DNA of 64,000 nucleotides from an uncultured Acidobacteriota bacterium (GTDB lineage Bacteria; Acidobacteriota; Thermoanaerobaculia; UBA5066; DATFVB01). The notes beneath the pieces are model-generated. The model saw only the letters and a list, made by a program, of their open reading frames with translations. It was not told where the DNA came from and ran no database searches. Shown here piece by piece: positions 48,588-60,896 of the stretch. Positions within the stretch are counted from its first letter, which is position 1, and each line of letters begins with the position of its first letter. The stretch spans positions 64,001 to 128,000 of the forward strand of contig CAWEYG010000001.1 of NCBI GenBank assembly GCA_963813155.1, in the 5' to 3' direction. The translations under genes and the position numbers were made by a program.

Positions 48588-51343
48588 ATGGCGAAGATTC
48601 AGGTACACGAACTGGCCCGGCAGATGGGCGTCGGCGACCGCGAGCTGATGTTCCTTCTGCAATCGATCGGCGTTCAAGTCAGCTCCGCTCAGGCGGACCT
48701 GGACGAATCGACGGTGCTCGCGATTCTCCAGGGCAAGACCCACGCCCCGAAATCGTTGATCGTCCGCGAGGAGAGCAACCGCCCCAAGACGGCGCAGATT
48801 CCGAAGAGTGCGCTCTCGCGAATCAAGATCGTCGACAAGCCCGCGGCCCCGGCCAAGAAGACCGACGCGCCTCCGCCGAGAAGCGGCGAAGCCCGTCCGC
48901 GTCCGCCGGCCGAACCGGCGAGGACGGCCGTCGTCACGTCCGAGCCCGAGGAACCTCAAAAGCCGGAAGCTCCGGTTCCTCCGGTGCCCCGCAGGATCGT
49001 TCTCCCCCCGAAGAGGCCCATCGTTCGCCCCCCCGTGCGAACCCAGGGAGCGCCGCCGCCCCGGCCCGCGGGGCCGCCGGGAGCTCCGCTCCGCCCGCCG
49101 CTTCCCCCGGGCCGCCCCGGAGTCTCGGCTCAAAGCGGCCGGCCGGCCCCCTCGGTCTATCGACCCGCGCCCGGAGCGCCCGGAGCGCGCATCCCGGGGG
49201 CCCGCGTGCCGGTTGGAGCGCCTCCCCGCCCGGGCGGCCGCCCGCTGCGGCCGGGAGAGGTCCCGACGCCGGTGCCCGAGGACGTCAAGTCGGCCCGGCG
49301 TAAGAAGGAAGAAGAGTCGAAAAAGGCCGCGGCGAAGAAAACCGGCGCGCGCCCGAAGATCAACGCGGCGGACGAGGTGGATCTGCGCGACTACGTCGGC
49401 GAGTACCGGGAAGACACCTACTCCGACATCACGCTGCCCCTGATCGACAAGAACGCGACGCTCGAAGAGCCCGCCGGACCGAAGACTCTCTCGAAGTCCG
49501 CCCTGCGGCGGGCCGGAAAAGAGACCCGGCACGACGACACGGGCAAGATCGTGGAATTCAAGAAAGCCGCTTCCGACCGGGCCGGTCTTCCTGTCCGAAG
49601 GCGTCACCGTCAAAGAGCTCTCCGAAAAGCTCGGGGTCCTCGGGCGCGACCTCGTTCAGAAGCTCCTTCGCCGGGGAATGATGGTCACGATCAATCAGAC
49701 GCTGCCGGCGCAGATCGCCGTCGAGATCGCCCGAGGAGATCGGCGTCGAAGCCGCCGTCGTCTCGTTCGAAGAAGAGATGGAGCTCGCCCGGGAAGAGAA
49801 GTCCGACGCGAACTCGCCCGAAAGCATGAAACCGCGCGCTCCCGTGGTGACCGTCATGGGCCACGTCGACCACGGCAAGACGTCTCTCCTCGACGCGATC
49901 CGCGAGACCAAGGTCGCGGCGAGCGAGGCGGGAGGGATCACCCAGCACATCGGCGCCTACCGCGTCGAGTCGAAGGGAAGCCCGATCGTCTTTCTCGACA
50001 CTCCCGGCCACGAAGCGTTCACGCTCATGCGCGCGCGCGGCGCCGCCGCGACGGACATCGTCGTGCTCGTCGTCGCCGCCGACGACGGAGTCATGCCGCA
50101 GACCGTGGAGGCGATCGACCACGCCCGGGCGGCGAAGGTGCCGCTCGTCGTCGCGATCAACAAGATCGACAAGGCCAACGCCAACGTCGAGCGCGTCAAG
50201 AAGGAGCTCGCCGACCGCGGCGTTCTTCTCGAATCCTGGGGTGGAGACGTGCCTTCGGTGGAGGTCTCCGCGCTCAAGAAGGTCGGCATCGACCAGCTCC
50301 TCGAGATCATCCGGCTCGTCGCCGAGCTGCTGGAGTTGAAAGCCAACCCCGAAGGCTACGCCCGCGGCGTCGTCATCGAGGCGCGCCGGGAAGCCGGACG
50401 CGGCAACGTCGCGACGATCCTCGTGCAGAGCGGAACGCTGAAGGTCGGCGACGTCTTTTACGCCGGCTCCGCATCCGGCCGGCTGAGAGCGATGACCGAC
50501 GAGACGGGCAAGCGCCTCCAGACGGCAGGGCCGTCGACCCCCGCCGAAATCATGGGGTTCGAAGAGCTCCCGGCCGCCGGCGATCTCTTCCAGGCCGTCG
50601 AGAGCGAGATTCGCGCGCGGCAGATCGTCTCCTTCCGGAAGGAGAAGACCCGCGAGAAGTCGATGGTTTCGTCTTCGAAGACCTCGCTCGAAGCGCTCTT
50701 TTCCCGGATCCAGGAGGGCGCCGTCAAGGACCTCCCGCTCGTCGTGAAGACCGACGTCGCCGGTTCGGCGGAAGTCGTCACGGGAGCGCTCCGAAAGATG
50801 TCGAGCGACCAGGTAAAGGTCTCCGTGCTGCATTCCGGCGTGGGAGCGATCAACATCAACGACGTTCTCCTCGCCTCCGCTTCCGGCGCGACGATCATCG
50901 GATTCAACGTGAGGCCGGAAAAGAAAGCGGAAACCGAGGCGGAGAAGGCGGGCGTCGACATCCGCCTCTACACCGTGATCTACAACATCACCGACGACAT
51001 CCGAAAAGCGATGGAGGGCCTCCTCGAGCCGACGCTCAGGGAAGTGGCGCGCGGCCGGGCGGAGGTTCGGAACACGTTCAACGTCCCGAAGGTCGGCGTC
51101 GTCGCGGGCTGCTACGTCACCGAGGGCACGATCCCGCGATCGGCCCAGGTTCGGCTGCTTCGCGACAATCGCGTCATCTACGAGGGAAAGATCGGCTCGC
51201 TGCGGCGCTTCAAGGACGACGTCTCGGAAGTGAAGACCGGCTTCGAGTGCGGAATCGGCCTGGATCGCTACCAGGACGTCAAGGTCGGCGACATCATCGA
51301 AGCGTTCGCGACCGAGAAGGTCGCCGGCGTCCTGTCGGCGTAG
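48588..51343 (+). CDS. infB: Translation initiation factor IF-2 (frameshifts near 49575 and 49732)
   Basis: IF2-N IQVHELA; [17 protein letters not shown] and SLRRFKDD. Confidence 0.95.
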
Positions 51344-51353
51344 CGGTTCTTCT

Positions 51354-51641
51354 TTGGTCCTCGCGTACTCGGTCTTCGACCTGAACCTTCCGGGGTGCCG
51401 GGGGCTGAAGGAAAAGCGAATGGTCATTCGAAGCCTGAAGAGCCGCATCCGGAACAAGTTCGAGGTCTCGGTCGCCGAAACGAACCACCAGGACCGTCAC
51501 CAGCGCGCGCAGCTCTCGGTCGCGGTGATCGGGCCGGACCAGCCGCCCCTCGACGCGCTGCTGCAGGAGATCCTTTCGTTCGTCGAGTCGAACTTCGACG
51601 GGCCGATCCTCGACTACAAGAACGAGTTCATCCATGTGTAG
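51354..51641 (+). CDS. DUF503 (YlxP) family protein
   Basis: LKEKR and KFEVSVAE motifs; lies between infB and rbfA. Confidence 0.88.
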   Translation: MVLAYSVFDLNLPGCRGLKEKRMVIRSLKSRIRNKFEVSVAETNHQDRHQRAQLSVAVIGPDQPPLDALLQEILSFVESNFDGPILDYKNEFIHV

Positions 51642-51659
51642 CGAGCGATGAGACGTTGC

Positions 51660-52025
51660 ATGACCACCGCCCGTCCGCAGCGCGTCGGCGAGCTCATCCG
51701 CGCCGAGATCGCGAACATGGTGCGAACCGATCTGCACGATCCCGCGATCGGGTTCGTCACGATCACGCAGGTCAACATGTCGCACGACCTGCGCACGGCG
51801 CGCGTCTACTTCTCCTGCCTCGGCGGCGAAGAGGAGTTCGAGCGCATCCGCGAAGGCTTCGACCGGGCTGCGGGATTTCTGCGCCGGGAGATCGGGCGCC
51901 GCTGCAAGCTGCGGTACGCGCCGGAGCTGCATTTCTTTCCCGACCATTCCGCCGAAACCGGGGCGCGCATCGAGAGGATCCTCCGGGATAACCTGAGCGA
52001 CGAGCCGCCGGACTCCGGCTCGTGA
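51660..52025 (+). CDS. rbfA: Ribosome-binding factor A
   Basis: DP..GFVTIT.V..S.DL..ARVY and LRYAPELHF. Confidence 0.95.
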   Translation: MTTARPQRVGELIRAEIANMVRTDLHDPAIGFVTITQVNMSHDLRTARVYFSCLGGEEEFERIREGFDRAAGFLRREIGRRCKLRYAPELHFFPDHSAETGARIERILRDNLSDEPPDSGS

Positions 52026-52951
52026 GCGGGGCGCTCTTCTCCAACGGAGCCCTCCTTCTCCTCGACAAGCCGGAAGGAATCACCTCGCACGACGCCGTCG
52101 AACGGGCGCGGCGCGCGACGGGCGTCAAGAAGATCGGCCACACGGGAACGCTCGACCCGATGGCGACCGGCCTGCTCGTGCTCTGCTGCGGCCGCGCCGC
52201 GCGGCTCCAGGGCTTCTTCACCGGCCTGCCGAAGACCTACGAGGGAACGATCACGCTGGGCCGCGCGACGACGACCTACGACGCGGCGGGCGAGACGACG
52301 GCCGAGCTCGCGTCGCCGCCGGCATTCTCGAAGGAACAGATCGAACGCGCCGCGTCGGAATTCCGCGGGGAGTTCGAACAATCGCCGCCGCCGTACTCGG
52401 CCAAGAAGGTCGGCGGCCGAAAGTTCTACGAGATGGCGCGGAAGGGCGAGGCCGTTCCGTCGGCGCCGAAGCGGGTCGTCGTCACCCGCTTCGACCTCGA
52501 GGACGGCGGCGGCAACGACCGGAAGTTCGTTCTCTCGTGCTCTTCGGGCACCTACGTCCGCTCGATCGCGCACGAGCTCGGGGCCCGGCTCGGCTGCGGG
52601 GGCCACCTGTCGGCGCTTCGCCGGTCGAGGGTCGGGGACTTCGCGATCGAGGACGCCGTCCGGCTCGACGCGTTCGAGGAAATGGACGAGACGGCGCGAA
52701 TCGCGGCGCCCCACGCGATTCCGCTCGCGGGCATCCCGTTCCCGTTCCCCCGGATGACCGTCGCCTCGCTCGAGGCCTGGAAAATCCGGCGCGGACAGTC
52801 GGTCCCCGCCCGTGTCGAGGGACCCGACGGCGGCTGGGTCAGCCTCCTCTCGGCGGACGGCGAACTGCTGGCCCTGGGGCAGATAGCCCCGATCGGGACG
52901 GGTCGGATCGCCATGATCCGGCCCCGGATCGTGCTGGCGGAAGAGGGCTGA
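52022..52951 (+). CDS. truB: tRNA pseudouridine55 synthase
   Basis: DKP.G.TSHD, GHTGTLDP.ATG, PP.YSA and GTYVRS. Confidence 0.95.
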   Translation: MSGALFSNGALLLLDKPEGITSHDAVERARRATGVKKIGHTGTLDPMATGLLVLCCGRAARLQGFFTGLPKTYEGTITLGRATTTYDAAGETTAELASPPAFSKEQIERAASEFRGEFEQSPPPYSAKKVGGRKFYEMARKGEAVPSAPKRVVVTRFDLEDGGGNDRKFVLSCSSGTYVRSIAHELGARLGCGGHLSALRRSRVGDFAIEDAVRLDAFEEMDETARIAAPHAIPLAGIPFPFPRMTVASLEAWKIRRGQSVPARVEGPDGGWVSLLSADGELLALGQIAPIGTGRIAMIRPRIVLAEEG

Positions 52952-53028
52952 ATCTGATACGCTTTCTGGCTGTTGAAAAGTGAGAGTTTGAGTATAGAGA
53001 GGCTCCTGAAAGAGCCACGGAGGAACCG

Positions 53029-53304
53029 TTGAGCGTCACGGCATATCGGGAAACGAAACCCGAGATCATTCACGATTATCGAACCCACGAACAGGACACC
53101 GGATCGCCCGAAGTTCAGATCGCCCTGCTCTCGAATCGAATCGCCTACCTGACCGACCATTTCAAGTCCCACGCCAAGGATCACCATTCGCGGCGCGGGT
53201 TGCTGATGCTGGTCGGGCGGAGGCGGCGCCTTCTCGAGTACCTGAAGAAGAAGGACGGCGAGCGGTACCACCGTCTGATCGATCGTCTCGGTCTCCGAAA
53301 GTAA
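53029..53304 (+). CDS. rpsO: 30S ribosomal protein S15
   Basis: [10 protein letters not shown] and KDHHSRRGL; GGAGG RBS with TTG start. Confidence 0.97.
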   Translation: MSVTAYRETKPEIIHDYRTHEQDTGSPEVQIALLSNRIAYLTDHFKSHAKDHHSRRGLLMLVGRRRRLLEYLKKKDGERYHRLIDRLGLRK

Positions 53305-53384
53305 GAACGTTCCGGCCAGCACTCCCCGCGCCGTTTCGGCGGAGGGCGCACGTGTCTGCCGACAGAGAGATGAAGGAATGAACA

Positions 53385-55574
<2,190 letters not shown>

Positions 55575-55602
55575 TCGAACCACCGCGTCTTCTTCAATTT
55601 AC

Positions 55603-55630
55603 ACGCCGGGCGAGAGCCCGGCGTTTTTCT
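55603..55630 (+). terminator. Rho-independent terminator after pnp
   Basis: ACGCCGGGC-gaga-GCCCGGCGT followed by a T tract. Confidence 0.85.
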
Positions 55631-55645
55631 TTGGATGCCGCGACT

Positions 55646-55661
55646 TGGCACGCGCCGTGCT
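55646..55661 (+). promoter_or_regulatory. Putative sigma54 promoter
   Basis: TGGCAC-N5-GTGCT, 36 nt before the ATG at 55698. Confidence 0.65.
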
Positions 55662-55697
55662 CATCCCATGGATTGGATTCGAAAGAAGGAGATCTCC

Positions 55698-56075
55698 ATG
55701 AAACTCATCCCGACTTCGCTCGTCGGCTCGCTCGCGATCTTCGCATGCGCCTGCGCCTCCAGCGGCCCTCCGGTCAGCAATACCGAGATTGCGCAGGCGG
55801 AAACGGACATCCGGTCCGCCGAAAACGCGACCGCCACCCAGCACGCGAGAGACCTTCTGGACCGCGCCCGCGGCGATCTCGCGGCCGCGCAGCGCGAATG
55901 GCAGGATCGCCACTGGAACGAGGCCCGGCTGCGCATCGCCGAGGCCCGAGCCGCGGCGGGCGCCGCGGAATCCAAAGCGCGCGCGACTGCCCTTGAACAA
56001 CAGGCCAACGACGTCCGCCGCGAATGCGACGACATCGAGCGGCGCACCCGCGAGCTGGCGCAACAGCCCCGGTAA
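55698..56075 (+). CDS. DUF4398-like helical lipoprotein
   Basis: Lipobox ACAC, Ala-rich helix, AGGAG RBS. Confidence 0.78.
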   Translation: MKLIPTSLVGSLAIFACACASSGPPVSNTEIAQAETDIRSAENATATQHARDLLDRARGDLAAAQREWQDRHWNEARLRIAEARAAAGAAESKARATALEQQANDVRRECDDIERRTRELAQQPR

Positions 56076-56099
56076 AAGACGAAAGCAAAAGAGGAAATC

Positions 56100-57260
56100 A
56101 TGACGATCAAGAACATCGGTCTCGCAGGGCTCTTCGCCGCGACGCTCTTCTATGCGGCCGGCTGCGCGAGCACCCGGGGGGAATCGCCGGTTCTCCGCGA
56201 CGCGAGGTTGGCGCTTCAGGACGCGCGCGACGCGGGCGCAGCCCAGGCCTCCCCCGACCTGTTCAATCGGGCGTCGAGCGATCTCGCCTCCGCCCAGAGG
56301 GAATGGAACTCGGGCCACGAAGATCTGGCGATGCACTACGCTCAGCTTGCCGACAGCGAAGCGCGCAACGCCGAATTCCGAGCGAAGGGACTTCGCGCGC
56401 AGGCGGCCCTGGACGAACAGAGGAGCCGCCGCGCCCAGCTCGAGGCGTCCCTGCACGAGACCGAACAGCGCCTGATCGCGCAGCGCGCGCGGTCCGAAGA
56501 GGAGCGTCACCGGCTGGAAGCCGAGCTGCAGGCGCGCGAAGACCAGGCGCGACTGCAATCGGAGGCGCAGGCCCGCGAGGCAGCCCAGAGGGCGGCCGAA
56601 GAGCGCCAGAAGGTCCTTCAGGCCCAGCTCGAAGCCGAACGGGCCCGGTCGGCGGAGCAGCAGCGACAGGCCGAGATTGACTCGCTGAAGGCGCAGCTCG
56701 ACGAGCAGACGCAGGCCGCGGAAGCGGCGCGAAAAGCGGCCGCGGACCAGAATGCGAGACTCGAAGACGCCCGGCGGCAGGAGGAAGAACGGCGAAAGAC
56801 GGCCGAAGAAGCGACCCGGAGACAGGCCTCGACCCAGAAAGGCCTTCTTGCCCGGCTTCAGGAGCTCGAGAAATCCACCCGCGTTGAGGCGCGAGGAATC
56901 GTCGTCACGCTCCCGGGCAGCATCTACTTCGCGACGAATCGAGCCGACTTGCAGCCGGCCGTCCGGGAGCGGCTGGCCGACATTGGAAGGGCGCTTGCGG
57001 CCGCGTCCGACCGTCACATCCTGATCGAAGGACACACCGACTCGACCGGCCGTGCCGCCTACAACCTCCAGCTCTCCGCGCTGCGCGCCGAATCCGTCAA
57101 GGCGGTCCTCGTCGGCAACGGGGTAACTCCCGAGCGCATCGAAACCCACGGGTACGGTTCGACGAAGCCCGTGACGGACAACGCGACGGCCTCCGGCCGG
57201 AGCCAGAACCGGCGCGTCGAAATCGTCGTCCAGGGGGAATCGGCAGCCGCGCGTCCGTAA
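56100..57260 (+). CDS. OmpA-family lipoprotein (DUF4398 + coiled coil + OmpA_C)
   Basis: AAGC lipobox; IEGHTD, NLQLSALRA and NRRVEI. Confidence 0.9.
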   Translation: MTIKNIGLAGLFAATLFYAAGCASTRGESPVLRDARLALQDARDAGAAQASPDLFNRASSDLASAQREWNSGHEDLAMHYAQLADSEARNAEFRAKGLRAQAALDEQRSRRAQLEASLHETEQRLIAQRARSEEERHRLEAELQAREDQARLQSEAQAREAAQRAAEERQKVLQAQLEAERARSAEQQRQAEIDSLKAQLDEQTQAAEAARKAAADQNARLEDARRQEEERRKTAEEATRRQASTQKGLLARLQELEKSTRVEARGIVVTLPGSIYFATNRADLQPAVRERLADIGRALAAASDRHILIEGHTDSTGRAAYNLQLSALRAESVKAVLVGNGVTPERIETHGYGSTKPVTDNATASGRSQNRRVEIVVQGESAAARP

Positions 57261-57290
57261 ACGGCCCTCGTTCTCCCGCGCGCCCGAGAA

Positions 57291-58322
57291 ATGCGACAAT
57301 CGAGCGTGTTCTCAGCCCCGCTCGCCGAGACGGCCCGCTCGAACCTGAAATCCGTGATTCGGGACGCCGTACGGCATCCCCCCGATTGCCCGGCGCTCCT
57401 CGTCTTCGATCGCGATTCGCCGCTGGCAAGGCTCCTGGCGACGGCCTACGAGACCGCCCTGCCGGAAGCGCGGGCCATCGAGTTCTCCGAAACGAAGAGC
57501 GACGAGGTTCTCGGAGCGGCGGCCGCGCTCTCCCCCGGCGACCTCGTCGTTCTCGTGGAGTCTTCCCGATTCCCGCTCGCCGCCCACCGCTTTCGGGTGG
57601 AACTGTTCGAGAAGGGCCTGAAAGTCATCGAGCATCCGCACCTGGGCCGAATCCAGGACTCCGAGCTCGCCGCTTACGTCGATTCGCTGGCCTACGACGC
57701 GACATACTATCGGGCTGTCGGGCCCGAATTGAAAAGGCGCATCGACCGCGCGACGGGCGCGAAGCTCGTGGGGGCCTCGGGTCCGCTCGTCTACGACGGC
57801 CCGCTGGAAGCCGCGAAGCTCAACATCGGCGACTACACCGGCCAGGTCAATATCGGCGGCCAGTTCCCGATCGGAGAGGTTTTCACGGAGTCCCGGGACC
57901 TCGCGAGCGTCTCCGGAACGGTCGAGCTCTTCGCGTTCGGCGCGGCCGACTTCTCGGTTGTCGCGCCCGAATCGCCCATCCGGCTGCGGATCGAGGCCGG
58001 AAGAATCGCGGCCGCGGAAAGTGCTCCTCGGGATTTCGATTCGATTCTAGCCGAGATCCGTGACAGTGAAGGCGAGGTCTGGCTGCGCGAGCTCGGCTTC
58101 GGGATGAACCGGGCGTTCACGCGGGAGCGGCGCGTCTCGGACGTCGGCTCGTACGAGAGGATGTGCGGCATCCACCTCTCGCTCGGGGCCAAGCATGCGA
58201 TCTACGCGAAACCCGGCTTCTCGAAACGTCGCGTGAAGTACCACGTCGACGTCTTCGCGGCCGTGGAGCGCGCGGAGATCGATGGCGAGACTGTATACGC
58301 GGACGGGAAGTACGTGGTCTGA
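57291..58322 (+). CDS. Aminopeptidase T (M29)-like metalloprotein
   Basis: P.GEVF, ELGFGMN, GIHLSLG and HVD. Confidence 0.6.
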   Translation: MRQSSVFSAPLAETARSNLKSVIRDAVRHPPDCPALLVFDRDSPLARLLATAYETALPEARAIEFSETKSDEVLGAAAALSPGDLVVLVESSRFPLAAHRFRVELFEKGLKVIEHPHLGRIQDSELAAYVDSLAYDATYYRAVGPELKRRIDRATGAKLVGASGPLVYDGPLEAAKLNIGDYTGQVNIGGQFPIGEVFTESRDLASVSGTVELFAFGAADFSVVAPESPIRLRIEAGRIAAAESAPRDFDSILAEIRDSEGEVWLRELGFGMNRAFTRERRVSDVGSYERMCGIHLSLGAKHAIYAKPGFSKRRVKYHVDVFAAVERAEIDGETVYADGKYVV

Positions 58323-58342
58323 AGCTCTCGCTCGGTCCGCGA

Positions 58343-58460
58343 GAGCGCGGGTGGCCCGGGGCGAGACTCCCTTTTGCCGCTCGCGACGCGGGTATAGCAA
58401 AGTCTTCAGGCTCGCGGCGAGCGGAAAAGAGGAGCGAGTCCCGCGACAGGACCCGCGCTC
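58343..58460. repeat. Structured ~118-nt intergenic repeat, copy 1
   Basis: Long imperfect inverted repeat; clearly homologous to 59746-59864. Confidence 0.9.
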
Positions 58461-58482
58461 GAGCGGATATGATTTCGGTCGT

Positions 58483-59193
58483 ATGCGCCTCTTCGTCGGC
58501 ACGAGCGGGTACAGTTACAAACCGTGGAAGGGCAAGTTCTACCCGGAAGACCTTCCGGCCAGCGAGTGGCTCTCCTATTACGCCGCGCGTTTCTCGACGG
58601 TCGAGATCAACAACACGTTCTATCGCGTTCCCAAACCCGAGGTCTTCGAGGGATGGGCCAAGCAGGTGCCCGAGGATTTCCGATTCGCGGTGAAGGCGAC
58701 TCGCCGGATCACCCACATCAAGCGGCTCAAGAACGTGGAGGAAGAGACCGCCTTCTTCCTTCGCGCCGCCGCCTCGCTCGGCGACCGGCTCGGCATCGTC
58801 CTGTTTCAGCTTCCCCCGAACCTGAAGAAGGACATGGACCGTCTTCGCGCCTTCCTCGCGCTGCTGCCTCCCACGGGCCGGTTCGCGCTCGAATTCCGGG
58901 AGCCATCCTGGTTCGACGAGGAGGTCTATTCGGAGCTTCGCGATCGCCGGTGCGCGCTCTGCGCGGCGGACACCGACGAGCTTCCGCTCGAAGAAATCGT
59001 CTCGACCGCGCCGTTCGGATACCTGCGCCTTCGCCGCGCCGAATACGGCGACGCCGATTTGAAGAAGTGGGCCGACCGGATCCGCGCCCAGAACTGGGAC
59101 CCGGCGTGGCTCTTCTTCAAGCACGAGGACGAGGGCCTGGGACCGAAATTCGCGCTGCGCCTGCTGGAGCTGTCCGGGGCGAAACCCGCCTGA
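58483..59193 (+). CDS. DUF72 family protein
   Basis: VGTSGYSY..W...[22 protein letters not shown] and YLRL. Confidence 0.92.
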   Translation: MRLFVGTSGYSYKPWKGKFYPEDLPASEWLSYYAARFSTVEINNTFYRVPKPEVFEGWAKQVPEDFRFAVKATRRITHIKRLKNVEEETAFFLRAAASLGDRLGIVLFQLPPNLKKDMDRLRAFLALLPPTGRFALEFREPSWFDEEVYSELRDRRCALCAADTDELPLEEIVSTAPFGYLRLRRAEYGDADLKKWADRIRAQNWDPAWLFFKHEDEGLGPKFALRLLELSGAKPA

Positions 59194-59260
59194 CGCGCGC
59201 GGCATCGAATCCCGCGTCGCGGTGTGGCATCATCGCGGAGGATTCGGAGGAGGACGAGCC

Positions 59261-59731
59261 ATGGAAAAAGCGACTTTTGCGGCCGGGTGCTTCTGGGGCG
59301 TCGAAGCCGCGTTTCGGCAGGTCGAAGGCGTCGCGGCGACGGCGGTCGGATATTCGGGCGGCCACGTTCCGAACGCGACGTACAAACAGGTGTGTTCCGG
59401 AGACACCGGCCACGCCGAGGTCGTGCAGGTCGAATTCGACCCGGCGAAGGTCTCCTACGACCAGCTCCTGAACGTCTTCTGGGAGAACCACGATCCCACG
59501 ACGCTGAACCGCCAGGGACCGGACGTCGGCGAGCAATACCGTTCTGCAATCTTCTTCCACACTCCGGAGCAGCAGGCGGCCGCGATCGCGTCGAAAGAGA
59601 AGCTGCAGGCGAGCGGGAAGCTCAAACGCCCGATCGTCACGGAGATCACGCCGGCGTCGGACTTCTTCAAGGCCGAGGACTACCACCAGCAATACCTGGA
59701 GAAGCGCGGCCTCGCGCACTGCAGGATCTAG
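59261..59731 (+). CDS. msrA: Peptide methionine sulfoxide reductase A
   Basis: GCFWG, GHAE, QYRS and AEDYHQQY. Confidence 0.96.
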   Translation: MEKATFAAGCFWGVEAAFRQVEGVAATAVGYSGGHVPNATYKQVCSGDTGHAEVVQVEFDPAKVSYDQLLNVFWENHDPTTLNRQGPDVGEQYRSAIFFHTPEQQAAAIASKEKLQASGKLKRPIVTEITPASDFFKAEDYHQQYLEKRGLAHCRI

Positions 59732-59745
59732 GGCTGACCCGGCGA

Positions 59746-59864
59746 AGCGGGCGGGTGGCCCGGGAGGAGACCCCTTTTGCCGCTCGCGGCGCGGAGTCGT
59801 AGCAAAGTCCTCAATCGCAGCGAGCGGAAAAGTGGGTCGAGTCCCGTGACAGGACCCGCCCGCT
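59746..59864. repeat. Structured ~119-nt intergenic repeat, copy 2
   Basis: Same orientation and fold as copy 1, with compensatory changes. Confidence 0.9.
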
Positions 59865-59873
59865 CGACCTCGA

Positions 59874-60824
59874 CTACCCCAGCGCTTCGTTCTCTTCCTT
59901 GAAAAGGTCCGTCGAGATGTAGCGCTCCGAGGTCGACGCGAGGATGCAGACGATCAGCTTGCCCTTGTTTTCCGGCTTCTTCGCGAGCTCGACCGCCGCG
60001 TGCGCCGCCGCGCCGGAGGAGATTCCTCCGAGGATTCCCTCCTCGCGCGCGAGGCGCCTCGCCATCACCATCGCCTGGTCGGAGGACACCGCGAAAGTCC
60101 CATCGACGTATTTCATGTCGAGGTTCTTCGGAATCATGCCCGTCCCGATGCCCTGAATCTTGTGTTTGGTGTGCGTTCCGCCCGCGATGACGGGAGATTC
60201 GGCGGGCTCCACGGCGATCATTTTCACCGTCGGGCGCCATTCCTTCCAGACGCGGCCAACGCCGGTGAACGTCCCGCCCGTGCCCACGCCGGCCACGAAG
60301 ATGTCCATCTGGCCGTCCGTATCGTTCCAGAGCTCCATCGCGGTCGTCCGCTCGTGAATCTCCGGATTGGCCGGGTTCTCGAACTGCTGGGGAATGACGC
60401 CGCCGCGCTCCTTCGCGATCTCTTCCGCCTTCGCGATCGCGGCCTTGATGCCCTCGGCGCCCGGAGTCAGGACGACCTCCGCCCCGAGGAATTTCAGGAC
60501 CTTGATTCGCTCTTTCGACATCGTGTCCGGCATGATCAGAACGCAGCTGTACCCGCGCTGCGCCGCGACCATCGCGAGCGAGATTCCCGTGTTCCCGCTC
60601 GTCGGCTCGACGATCGTGCTCCTGGAGGCGTTGCGGGGATCGAGTTTCCCCTGCCGCTCGAGAGCGCGGACCATCGCGACCCCGATCCGGTCCTTCACCG
60701 AGTTGGCCGGGTTGAAGAACTCGAGCTTCGCGGCCACTGTCGCTTCCGCGCCCGCGGTAACCCGGTTGAGCCGGACGAGCGGGGTGTTCCCGATCAACTT
60801 CGTGATGTCGCTGGCGATTCTCAT
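59874..60824 (-). CDS. cysK: Cysteine synthase A
   Basis: [25 protein letters not shown] and HKIQGIG. Confidence 0.95.
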   Translation of the reverse strand: MRIASDITKLIGNTPLVRLNRVTAGAEATVAAKLEFFNPANSVKDRIGVAMVRALERQGKLDPRNASRSTIVEPTSGNTGISLAMVAAQRGYSCVLIMPDTMSKERIKVLKFLGAEVVLTPGAEGIKAAIAKAEEIAKERGGVIPQQFENPANPEIHERTTAMELWNDTDGQMDIFVAGVGTGGTFTGVGRVWKEWRPTVKMIAVEPAESPVIAGGTHTKHKIQGIGTGMIPKNLDMKYVDGTFAVSSDQAMVMARRLAREEGILGGISSGAAAHAAVELAKKPENKGKLIVCILASTSERYISTDLFKEENEALG

Positions 60825-60896
60825 TCTGCTTCTCCCATGAAACCGAGCATAAGGGACGCTCGACGATTGTCAAGCCGCGTATACTCGGCCCCGAAG

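Noticed and set aside
58320-58460. TGA followed by a hairpin as a selenocysteine read-through signal
   Set aside because: The second copy follows a TAG stop, the protein appears complete at the TGA and the hairpin does not resemble a bacterial SECIS.
58343-59864. The repeat pair as CRISPR, integron attC, composite transposon or hammerhead ribozyme
   Set aside because: Only two long copies, no spacers or cas genes, no RYYYAAC/GTTRRRY ends and no transposase. A CUGANGA match occurs on the reverse strand of copy 1 only.
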